Assembly: GCA_010909165.1 (NCBI GenBank)
Contig: MU008195.1
Span: 248,001-312,000, forward strand
DNA from: Anthoceros angustus
Lineage: Eukaryota; Plantae; Anthocerotophyta
DNA: 64,000 nt
Direction: 5' to 3'
Shown: piece by piece, positions 24,873 to 35,981 of the stretch
How the letters are laid out: each line of letters starts with the position of its first letter
How positions within the stretch are numbered: the stretch's first letter is position 1
Made by a program: the position numbers and the translations under genes
Notes under the pieces: model-generated
Database searches by the model: none
What the model saw: the letters and a program-made list of their open reading frames with translations, nothing else
Told to the model about the DNA's origin: nothing

Positions 24873-27800
24873 CAACCCGGTTCAGGCCACTGCCAATTGC
24901 GTCCGCGTCACGCAGACGCCTCACCCCGCTGCCTACACTGCGACATTAACCGGGACGGCCTACACCGGTTTGCACTTGGTCGACCAGAAGGCCATGTACA
25001 GCAACAAGCAGACAACAGGATGAGAGCATACGCAGGTAAAAGGGGCGCACACAAAAAGGCCATTTCGGACGTTCCATTGATTTCTGTCCACGCACAGCTT
25101 CTACAATTCGCCCCACCGCCCTACAGACCCTGCAGCCTCCATGCAGTCTGGTCTCTTCTGCGCTGCAAATTCACATAGCCGGCAGAACTAGCTGGAGGAG
25201 GAATAGGGGCAGGCAATGAATTGCGATGGACTAACATCATACATGGATACAACAGGCTCATGTTTGTTATGTCTCCATTGCCCTTTGTTATGTTAGTCTT
25301 CTGCTATGTTGGTTTATTTCATTTTCGTCTTTGGTGTTAGTCTAGCATGCGATTCTTGAACATCAGTCTCTCATACGGCAATAATGCCCGTTTGTAAACC
25401 TGGATAAATACCTAGTACCTAATCCCTGGATGTAATTGAATGACCTTCTGTTATGTGTGCTGTAGTTGGGGTGTCTCCTAGTTTTTAGACACCCCTAGGC
25501 TGGGTGGCCTGGCCTCCATGTTTGCTGCTCCTCAGCCCGCTCAGGCTCTATGTATTTTTTGTATATATTTATATAAAGCCTGGTTTCTTTAAACAAATAA
25601 TCAGTCTCTCATGTCATAATAATGCTCGTTTGTAAACTTAGATAAATAGTAATACTCCCGAGATGTAATTGAATGACCTATTTGTATTGAATGTCCCTGT
25701 CTCAGGATAAATGAATCTCGAATTCGGATGATTATGAGCCAGGATCCACGAAGCCTGGAGCTCTTTATCATCTATTATTTTTAGGGAAAATTAGTTTTTA
25801 GTTTTCGTCATCGAAACCAGGCTCGGGTTCCTATTGCAGTCTGGGCTCATATGCGGAGCTCTTCATCATCTATTATTTTTAGGGAAAATTAGTTTTTAGT
25901 TTTCGTCATTGAAACCAAGCTCGGGTTCCTATTGCGGTCTGGGCTCATGTGCGGAACCGTCCCTTTGCAGAGTCATGTCCTCAGACATATTCAAAACATG
26001 AGGTCACGCCTCTTTGCACAGTCATGTCCTCAAACATATTCAAATGTTCTAAGACATAATTAAAACATAATAGGGACAAAGGCTGAACTCATCCTCTAGG
26101 TATGGTACTTTGTTGGCTATTAGTTTAATTTTTTTGGTAATCTTCTTTATTGACATCCAAACCCAACACCATCTTCTAGTGACAAGATCTAGTTTCAATG
26201 GTATGGGTCGTTTCTCATAAACCATGAGTAACCACATTGGCAATAGCAGGTCATAGGTCATATGCTTCTTCATGTAGCATGGTGTCATCAACCCCCCATG
26301 CTCGCTGCTTCTCCTTATCAGAGGTGCTTCATCCATGACGGATTGTGAAATGGTAAATCAAGCACTTATATCGTTATTCTTGTACATAGATGTTTGCTCT
26401 CTATGTGTTCTCAATCCTTTTTGGTTGAGAAAGAGTTGTTTGCAATTCCTTGCACCTGTCCAAAGTCGGAGAAATCCTTAAACAGTCGCACAAAATCGGT
26501 GATTCCATTGAAACATGTTGTTGGGCATAAGTCAATAGACTTTCCCATCACCATATCCAAAGAAAAGCCTCTTAGAAAAACATGTACGTTTTGCGGTGTA
26601 TTGAACATATGTAGTGTCCAATATTCGACGGTAGCGCACTAGGACGTGGCAAAATTTAATCACGCCTTTGAATTCATTCCTTCAAAACTCCATAAAATGT
26701 CGGGACTATCATCATGGATGCGTTTGAACTTGCGCCCAACACGCCGTTCTTATTAGGTGACCCAATCTACAAACAAAGTTGAACATGATAGAGATAAGAC
26801 GAAGGACATCACTAGGTGTCCAAAGCATGAGAAGTCGGCTTCAACCCGGTTCAGGCCACTGCCAATTGCGTCCGCGTCACGCAGACGCCTCACCCCGCTG
26901 CCTACACTGCGACATTAACCGGGACGGCCTACACCGGTTTGCACTTGGTCGACCAGAAGGCCATGTACAGCAACAAGCAGACAACAGGATGAGAGCATAC
27001 GCAGGTAAAAGGGGCGCACACAAAAAGGCCATTTCGGACGTTCCATTGATTTCTGTCCACGCACAGCTTCTACAATTCGCCCCACCGCCCTACAGACCCT
27101 GCAGCCTCCATGCAGTCTGGTCTCTTCTGCGCTGCAAATTCACATAGCCGGCAGAACTAGCTGGAGGAGGAATAGGGGCAGGCACGAATTGCGATGGACT
27201 AACATCATACATGGATACAACAGGCTTGCGTTTGTTATGTCTCCATTGCCCTTTGTTATGTTAGTCTTCTGCTATGTTGGTTTATTTCATTTTCGTCTTT
27301 GGTGTTAGTCTAGCATGCGATTCTTGAACATCAGTCTCTCATACGGCAATAATGCCCGTTTGTAAACCTGGATAAATACCTAGTACCTAATCCCTGGATG
27401 TAATTGAATGACCTTCTGTTATGTGTGCTGTAGTTGGGGTGTCTCCTAGTTTTTAGACACCCCTAGGCTGGGTGGCCTGGCCTCCATGTTTGCTGCCCTC
27501 AGCCCGCTCAGGCTCTATGTATTTTTGTATATATTTATATAAAGCCTGGTTTCTTTAAACAAATAATCAGTCTCTCATGTCATAATAATGCTCGTTTGTA
27601 AACTTAGATAAATAGTAATACTCCCGAGATGTAATTGAATGACCTATTTGTATTGAATGTCCCTGTCTCAGGATAAATGAATCCTCGACCCGGATGATTA
27701 TGAGCCAGGATCCACGAAGCCTGGAGCTCTTTATCATCTATTATTTTTAGGGAAAATTAGTTTTTAGTTTTCGTCATCGAAACCAGGCTCGGGTTCCTAT

Positions 27801-28805
27801 TGCAGTCTGGGCTCATATGCGGAGCTCTTCATCATCTATTATTTTTAGGAAAATTAGTTTTAGTTTTCGTCATTGAAACCAAGCTCGGTTCCTATTGCGA
27901 TGGGCTCATGTGCGAACTGCCCTTTGCATGTCACCCTTTATATTCAAAACATGAGGTCACGCCTTTGCATGTACATGTCCTCAAACATATTCAAATGTTC
28001 TAAGACATAATTAAAACATAATAGGGACAAAGGTCGAACTCATCCTCTAGGTATGGTACTTTGTTGGCTATTAGTTTAATTTTTTGGTAATCTTCTTTAT
28101 TGACATCCAAACCCAACACCATCTTCTAGTGACAAGATCTAGTTTCAATGGTATGGGTCGCTTTCATAAACCATGAGTAACCACATTGAAGTGTGTCATA
28201 GGTCATATGCTTCTTCATGTAGCATGGTGTCATCAACCCCCCATGCTCGCTGCTTCTCCTTATCAGAGGTGCTTCATCCATGACGGATTGTGAAATGGTA
28301 AATCAAGCACTTATATCGTTATTCTTGTACATAGATGTTTGCTCTCTATGTGTTCTCAATCCTTTTTGGTTGAGAAAGAGTTGTTTGCAATTCCTTGCAC
28401 CTGTCCAAAGTCGGAGAAATCCTTAAACAGAGTCCGCACAAAATCGGCTGATTCCATTGAAACATGTTGTTGGGCATAAGTCAATAGACTTTCCCATCAC
28501 CATATCCAAAGAAAAGCCTGTCTTAGAAAAACATGTACGTTTTTGCAGGTATTGAACATATGTAGTGTCCAATATTCGACGGTAGCGCACTAGGACGTGG
28601 CAAAATTTAATCACGTCTTTGAATTCATTCCTTCAAAACTCCATAAAATGTGCGGGGACTATCACTGTTGGATGCGTTTGAACTTGCGTCCAACACGCCG
28701 TTCTTATTAGGTGACCCAATCTACAAACAAAGTTGAACATGATAGAGATAAGACGAAGGACATCACTAGGTGTCCAAAGCATGAGAAGCTGGCAGCTTCA
28801 ACCAG
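24873..28805. repeat. ~1.97-kb tandem duplication (24873-26841 / 26842-~28805)
   Basis: CAACCCGGTTCAGGCCACTGCC recurs at 24873 and 26842, and the following ~2 kb is repeated with few differences. Confidence 0.9.
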
Positions 28806-29021
28806 GGTTGGGACATAGATCAAAAGCCCACGGAATCTTTTGTTCCGTGTAGGGTTTCCATACAAATTTCTTACAAAAATTTCCACACAGCCTCCATTCC
28901 ACATCTCTCGATTTGGAGAACTGTCTATTAATCCTACATACCTTGCCCATCTATTTTTGCTGGAATTGGGGTGTATATCACCCTCTGTCCTCCCCCCCAC
29001 CTCCCCCCACCTGGAATGACG

Positions 29022-29843
29022 TCATGGTGTACAAGTGCTTGGCTGACATGTATGGGAAGGTGTACGACAATACCAATAGGGTTTTCCGGTGTTGACATAG
29101 TCGAAGCCACTAAAATCCATTTCCATGGACACTGGCCTTCTCGTCATGTTACACTCGAACCTATCCACCTCCAATATGAAGAAAGTGACGTCTCCTTCCT
29201 CGCACGCGATATCCAGTATATCCCGAATCTGGCCGAAAAAATCTTGTCCTTGCGGGTGGCCCTCCATGGTAAAATTGCAATAAACCCAACTATCACATGT
29301 GGACCGTTGGTTTTCGTCCCCCTGCTTGGTACAAAAGTGATACGCGTGAGCCTCGTGACCGCAGTATGACGTGACCTGCATAAGCGGGCCATATGATAAG
29401 GCCCTGATGACAGAGGCATGTTCCTTCACATCGAACCCACTGGCGCGAGCCATTAATTTCATCCCACACAGGTGCGACTTCCTTGGGTGTATGGCGGTCA
29501 TATACTCGGAAGCATAGTGCATGGCCTCCATAGCTAAATAACCTGCTACCATGCTCCCTTCCGGGTGGACTCTTTGGTGAACATGGTTTTTAAGGACTTG
29601 CATGTATCTTTTAATTGGATACATCTACCGACATTGTATTGTACCATGTGTCTCAACTTTGTCAACGAGTTGTATTATGATATGTTGCATGATATTCCAG
29701 AATATAGACGGCATATGGCATTTCAGGTCGACGACCGCATCAATAGCTTCTTGTTTTTTCCTTGGTACGTGTGGCGCGACTTTCGCTGATGGCCAGCCGG
29801 GCGCGCACAATCCCGTGTCGTTGTAGTAAGGGGTTCGTTCCAC
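29022..29843 (-). mobile_element. Second, decayed CACTA/EnSpm Tnp2 remnant (DUF4218/DUF4216 region), a different family from the first
   Basis: FWNIMQHIIIQLVDKVETHGTIQCR*MYPIKRYMQVLKNHVHQRVHPEGSMVAGYLAMEAMHYASEY and FFGQIRDILDI. There is an in-frame stop at the conserved W position. Confidence 0.85.
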
Positions 29844-30194
29844 AGGGAATGAACTCGTGCTTATTTTGCCTGAGCTCTACAACCTATCGCCTGAACGGAC
29901 TTCATCATGTTGGGTCCGGCGGCTCCACAACCCTAAGTGTGTGGCCCTCCACAACTCCTCGGACCAGACGCGCAGCCACCGGACCTTCCCACAAACCCCG
30001 CCGGTTTCTCCAAGACCCAGTTTAGCGACGCTGTTCCTCCGTCGGTCTCATTACTCCCGCCAAGCGCTCCTCAACTCGTCCGCCACAACTCCACCTCAAC
30101 ACACACGCCGCAACGCGACCCTCCCCCCTTATCCATTCCCGGCTAGTAGTCACAACACCAACACGCCGATGTATTCACACCAGGGCCGCCTTTG

Positions 30195-30560
30195 CCCGCT
30201 CCGCTTCACGTTACTGGAGAAGCCAGCGGCCTGCAACCCCACGCCTCGGTTCCAGCCTCGGGATGGCTTCCGCAGTCACCCCAAGCGCCTCCTAATCCCC
30301 TCCTGCTTCACGCTTGCGGAGAAGTGGCTTGCACTGCAACCCCACGCCTCGGTTCCGGCCTCGAGGATGGCTTCCGCCCAGAGTCACCCCAAGCGCCTCC
30401 TAATCCTCCGGCCGCCTACTCTGGGAGAAGTGGCCGCACTGAACCTGACCTGCTCCCAGCCTCCGTGGATGGCTTCCGCCCAAGAGTCACCCCAAGCGCC
30501 TCCTAATCCTCCTCCGCTTCACGCTCATGGAGAAGTGGCTGCTGCAACCCCACCTCCATT
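30195..30560. repeat. Degenerate tandem repeat, ~105-115 bp, ~3 copies
   Basis: GATGGCTTCCGC..AGTCACCCCAAGCGCCTCCTAATCC occurs three times. Confidence 0.8.
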
Positions 30561-30867
30561 CTAGCCTCCGAGGTTAGTCTCGCACCCGAGAAATCACCCC
30601 ATGCACCGCCTCGAGTCCAGTCCCAGTGCACCCATCAAGCGTGTTGGCGGAGCTCGTCGCAGCTCTAAACACATCCCTCTACCACCAATTAATCCCGGTG
30701 CGGACGCAGAACTCACTCCGCTCCTCGAGCACGGAAGGCAAGAGCACACGGAGCGCAAAGATGGTACCCAGGATAGCCTCCTCTCTTGGACGCCGGGCCT
30801 CCCTTTATATCCCCAACACCCTAATCTACCCACCTATGTATGTACCTTAACCTGGATCGTGGTAACC

Positions 30868-31160
30868 GCTCGGCCGGACTTACTCCATCGAACGCCGGCG
30901 GACTTACTCCGTCGCCGGACTTACTCCGTCGAACGCCGGCGGACTTACTCAACGCCGCCGGACTTACTCCGTCGACGCCGCTCGCCGGACTTATTCCTCA
31001 ACGCCGGCGGACTTACTCCTCGAACGCCGCTCGGCGGACTTACTCAACGCCGCCGGCGGACTTACTCCGTCGCTCGGCCGGACTTACTCAACGCCGCCGC
31101 TCGGCCGGACTTACTCCCTCGAACGCCGCTCGGCCGGACTTACTCCGTCGAACGCCTCGC
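30868..31160. repeat. Array of 12 CGGACTTACTC cores with short variable GC-rich linkers
   Basis: The core recurs every ~17-29 nt between ~30876 and ~31145. Confidence 0.9.
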
Positions 31161-31794
31161 TAACGGACCATATCTTCCCCTTCGCCGGATCACCCCATCC
31201 CGACGGACCCGAGAATCTGGCCGACTGCCGCCTAACGGACCCACGGTTTAGGGATTGCACTCTAAGTGCAATATGGCCAAAACGGCCTTATTGGCTAACT
31301 CCTCCCTATCCCTCTTAACAGTAACGACCCGAAAAAAAACAAAACAACCCTAAAACAAGTCGCCAGGAGCACGGACATCGGATTTGGCACTCCACAGTAC
31401 GTCACCCAGATTAATCTCCTTACTACAAATGATATTCATCGGTATAGCACAGATGAAGTTCCAACCCTTCAACATAAGGAGTGGGACGAAGTTTGGAGAG
31501 GGAGTGTCTCATTCATCTCAAAAAGTCTATTCATATGTGGTGTGAGAGTCTACTCCCAAAGTCTCTTGTGCATAGAGTAATTGCTGCTACATTGTAATCC
31601 CAATCCTAAACGGAGTAAGAGGCTGAAGCTCAGTTGCAAGAGGTCGAAGTTGAGTTGCAGGTGTCCGCCATTTCCCTTCTCACCCGCCCTCAGCCACAAA
31701 CCAACCACAACAACGTTAGCTTTAGGAGAAACTAACAACAACGTTAGCTCTAAGAGAAACTGATAATCTGGCTGCAGGGAAGAAACTTACCAAC

Positions 31795-34000
31795 TAATCT
31801 TGGCGAGGATGAGTTGTGAAACTCATCCTAGTTCCATCAATATCTAATTTACCTTGAGCTAATACAGACCTCCCAATAAGCACTTGGCGGGATTTGTCAG
31901 TCTAATAAAAGCCCACAATTTGCTTTGTTGTGCATTCCTCAAAGTGAATATCCAAACTCACATGCCAAACATGAGTTGTCCCCTCCCCTCCAGTACACTT
32001 TATCGCTTTTACTTGCATGTGGGGAAAATCCCCGCTCTGATTCTCCCTAACAAAGTTAAAAAGATGTTAATGCACACGTGATGGGACACTCAATGTGGAA
32101 GCCCCAGTGTACACCAATCCATCGGCAACCTTTACCCACATGCTGATATTGTCCAGAAAATCAAACTCAACAGACAGAGAAGTTACTGCTGAAGCACTTG
32201 ACAATTCAGAAAGGAAGTAACCATCATCCGATGGCACCCTTTTACAACCAAACGTAAAATGCACTACTAGAATCTTGCCACTCGCCGGAATGTTAGAAAA
32301 TTTTGACACTTTGGTGGGTATGATTGTTCCATCGTTCCCTATCAAGTGAACTTGCTCAATACACAATTGCGAACACAAATGAAATCAAGAACGTAGAGCT
32401 TGCAGCAAAAATACCTGTGCATACATTAAAACACTAAAGTGCCGCGCCATTGTTTTAGTGGAGATAAGGTAACGGGCATGAAAAGCTATGAATGGCACTG
32501 CTTTCTTTAATATTATTTGCCCATTGCCCTAAGAGGGTGGTTGGATGGCTCCGAGTATAAGGCCATCGTGAAGCTCACCTATACTTCACATTCTTGAGCA
32601 TGCATTCTTCACATGTAAACTTAAGCCAAACCAATTTAGAATTTCTAATTTGTCTATCAATGAGGCATAAGTAGTTGAAATATATACATCAATATTATAA
32701 GTTGAATCTCGCTTTAGTCGAGCCTCAGTTTCATTTTTGACATCATAATCTACCGTATCTTTAATATTATGGTCAGCCATGTGGGGAACCACTTGTACAT
32801 GATATCGTTAACAGTAAGCTTGTCAGAAAGTGCGCCTGACAAACATGTTAGAAGCCTAAACATGTTAGAAGAGTTTTTTTTTTCCGTGTAAAAAAAAATC
32901 AGATTGATCATAAGGTACTTACGGAGGATGTAGGTAGCCTAGGTGTAAGTAATGGCTTGCTAGAAGCCAAAGATTAGAGTGATCTAGTCAGGCCCCCTTG
33001 GAAGGGCAAGTAGCCAAGTTCTAGGGAGGCCTCCGGGGATGTGACATTCATAGCAATGGAAGAAGCTGAGTTGGCTGGGGATAACTTCTGAGACAGTAGG
33101 GAGTCCACAACCGACACGGAAGCAAATGTGGTGTCGAGACCAACCAGAACATGGATTTGCTGCACAGTCGCATTTTCAAGTAGCCCTGAAATGCCCCTCA
33201 TTTTTAGAGCTTCATCTGCTTAGGAAAGGAGGATGGGAGGCATAGGGATTGCCTTCTCTATGAAGTACAGCAAGGCCATGTGCACAGCGACCAGCAGGAT
33301 ATGGTCAGCATCAGAACCACATGCATAGTTGGGGGTGTAGTCGAGCAGATGTTGTAGCTTGGTGATGAACGAGGAAAAGCCTTGGGCCACCACTCCTTGG
33401 CATGCGAGGACCTAGTCCCAAATTGAGAAATTGAGTTTAGCTTTACCTGAATTTCTAATTCGGGTGAAACTCGGAGTTGCAGGGTCCTGATGGATCAAAC
33501 CATCAATCTCCTCAACTAACAAGAACAACTCCTGGATTGGTGGGCAAGATTCCACAAAGAATGTGCCCTGCAAAATAATAGCTTTGACAAAAGCTTGCAT
33601 GTTGACGTCTTGGTCTGCGGCAGTGTGAAGGACGGAGTCCAAATCTTCAAGGAGCATTGGTCATTCTCCCAATTTCATCGAGGTTCGAATAGGGTCACTC
33701 CAATGAGGTACTAGTGGAGGTGTGCCTGAGGACCGGATGACACCATATCCTCTTCCACCAGCTCCAGGATGTCATCGTCACTGCTATCAATGGTGGAATC
33801 AGCAGTTGCAGCACGGATCGCGAGCAAGGTGTCTTCCCTCTCTATGCATAGGGGCACCAGGTCGGCGCAGATCAGTCTCTCATGCCCTTGTTTCTTATAA
33901 TATACGAAGCTCCCGAAAGAGATCCGCCAATTGCCTATGCTGCAAGTGAAAGAAGATTTCTTGTATCCTTGTGGATCCAACACCTCCTTTGCAAGCCCGA
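31795..34000 (-). pseudogene. Decayed multi-exon gene with a C-terminal retropepsin-like (clan AA) protease domain
   Basis: Reading through stops in the frame of ORF 32067..32378 gives VKVADGLVYTGASTLSVP..*..HVWHVSLDIHF..*..QVLIGRSVLAQGKLDIDGTRMSF. Co-oriented ORF pieces lie upstream (32974-33657 share one frame), and there is a GT-AG intron candidate at 32922-32836. Confidence 0.5.
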
Positions 34001-35981
34001 ATAGAAGCCACCCTGGATGCTAGGATTCCAAGTTGGCTATCGATATCATTGGGTATGTGGCAGCCAGCTCAAGTTCCATCCAAGTCTTTGCATGCGCAGC
34101 AGAAGCACTAGCTCATTCCTGTAAGAGAAAGCCAAGATAGGGTGGCGGATAAAGAGACGCCTGTAATGACAAGGTTGTGTACTGACGAAGGAGTTTGGGG
34201 ACACACAAGGGACAAGGACCAGCTGGCCTACTTGAGGGAGATAGGAGGCCTACTTAAGGGGGGATTGGGGGTTGGAGGGGTGAGGTCTTCTTGCTAGCAC
34301 AGGTGAATGGGCTGGGAAGAAGAATTTGCTAATCAATCTCCAACAAAGTTGAGGATGTGAGGTATTATGTCTTGAATCATGTACCCTAAAATTCAATTGG
34401 ACATATTATATAATTACTACTACGATGATCTCTATGAAAGTCTCACGCAAAAGCCAGTAATTAAAGGACTTTTAAAAGGGGCCAAAGGAGGAACAAGCCA
34501 TGCACAAAAGAGAAAGGAAGGGGAGTGTTATTTTCTACTATAGCATTGTGGTTTTAGTGTGGAATGTGCATGTGTGGATTTTCACCAAGGAACAGTGCGT
34601 TAACGTTGAAGACTTTGCATAAAAAGACAGGTTGTGGGGAAATAAGAAAGCCAAGAGCTTGTTGGTCTAGTGCACTCACATGAGGTGTGTCAATTGTGAA
34701 GAGGGATAGATGAAATCTGCTTTCTTTGGCCGATAGCCTAGAACGTAGAGTGCATTCTTAAGATAAGTGAAGGCTGAGCAAGTAGGGAATCGTTATCAAG
34801 ATAGAGGAATTGTGTAGCGGGAGCTCGCTCTCGCCAATCTAAAGGGGTCACCTAGTCTGACTAGTTCGTGGATAAGGGGAAGGACCCTCAAAGTCCTACA
34901 TTAAGCGGGACTACATTAATATTGTCAAGCTCCTATTTCGTTTCTAAAGACTACCAGTGACTATTGAAGGTAGCCACTTTGGGTTATTCTTCCACAAAAT
35001 CTGTTTGTAGCCTCAGCAGTTGTGTATTAATTTTAGTCATTTTGAAAGAGATGTGCTCAATAATTGTGATCCCCATTACCCATATGTGAGTGTAATGACT
35101 AAGTTGACCGTGGTCGAACTGATGTCCTACAAGTCGAGCATTGGAGGGACCTTCATTTTTACTTGACCTGTATTGAGGTGATCAAGCATTACGTAGGCAA
35201 TGGATTGTATCTCAGTTTATCATCATATGTGGTATTCACAAAAGTCTAGAAGCAAGAGTTTGTTGACCCTAACCCTCTAGAGCATCACTAAGGAGTCTAG
35301 TCACTTAGCTGTAGAGGGTGTGTGTAGGCCCTTACTCATGTGTGTAGGCCCTTACTCATAATTGTCTTTTTTATAGTGGTTGTAAACAACCTATAGATGT
35401 AGGCCTTTACTCATAATTATCTTTTTTACAGTGGTTGTAAACAATCATGGATTTTCCTCGACGACCTACTTTCTCTATTGTGCTACTATGTGCTGAAAAT
35501 TTTGTCGGAATAAAATGAAAAGAAACGTGCCATGCACCTATTGCTTAGACTTGTTTTAGTGTACTCACCTTGCTCTTCATTGGTTTAGGCCTTTCTTTCC
35601 TTTCCCCCAATCCAAAAAACACAGGCTTCGTTTCATGGCAGGTACAGACCTAGGAAGCAACAAACATTAGGCATATTTAATCAAACGTCCGAAATGGCCT
35701 ATGGTGTGAGCCCCATTTACCTACGTATGTATGCGCTCATGGCGTTGTCTGCTTCCTGCTGTACCATCGCCTTCTGTGGCGGTCAAGTGCAACCCAAAAT
35801 CTGATGCGCGTCTTCCCGGCTAATTTCACAGTGCAGGCAGCAGGGTGAGGCGTCTGCGTGACGCGGACGTAATTGGCCGTGGCCTGTATCGGGTTGCGGC
35901 CAGGAATGTAAGAGGGGGCTGGACATTGTAGCTGCGGTAGTAGGATCCACGTCGTGAGCAGCTGCCATCAGATGCGCGAAG

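Noticed and set aside
24393-25178. 261-aa plus-strand ORF, and its counterparts at 26779-27147 and 35783-36304
   Set aside because: These are antisense shadows of CRL exon 1 and its GC-rich leader, with no independent coding evidence.
30868-31160. Core-plus-linker array as CRISPR-like
   Set aside because: The linkers are short permutations of the same GC-rich words, not unique spacers.
29857-31251. ORFs of 235 aa and 216 aa on the plus strand
   Set aside because: They are translations of GC-rich tandem repeats and give repetitive peptides with no domain.
31795-33660. In-frame stops repaired by U-to-C editing from the neighbouring DYW:KP protein
   Set aside because: Such editing is established only for organellar RNAs. 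Frameshifts and the catalytic D>Y change point to ordinary C>T decay.
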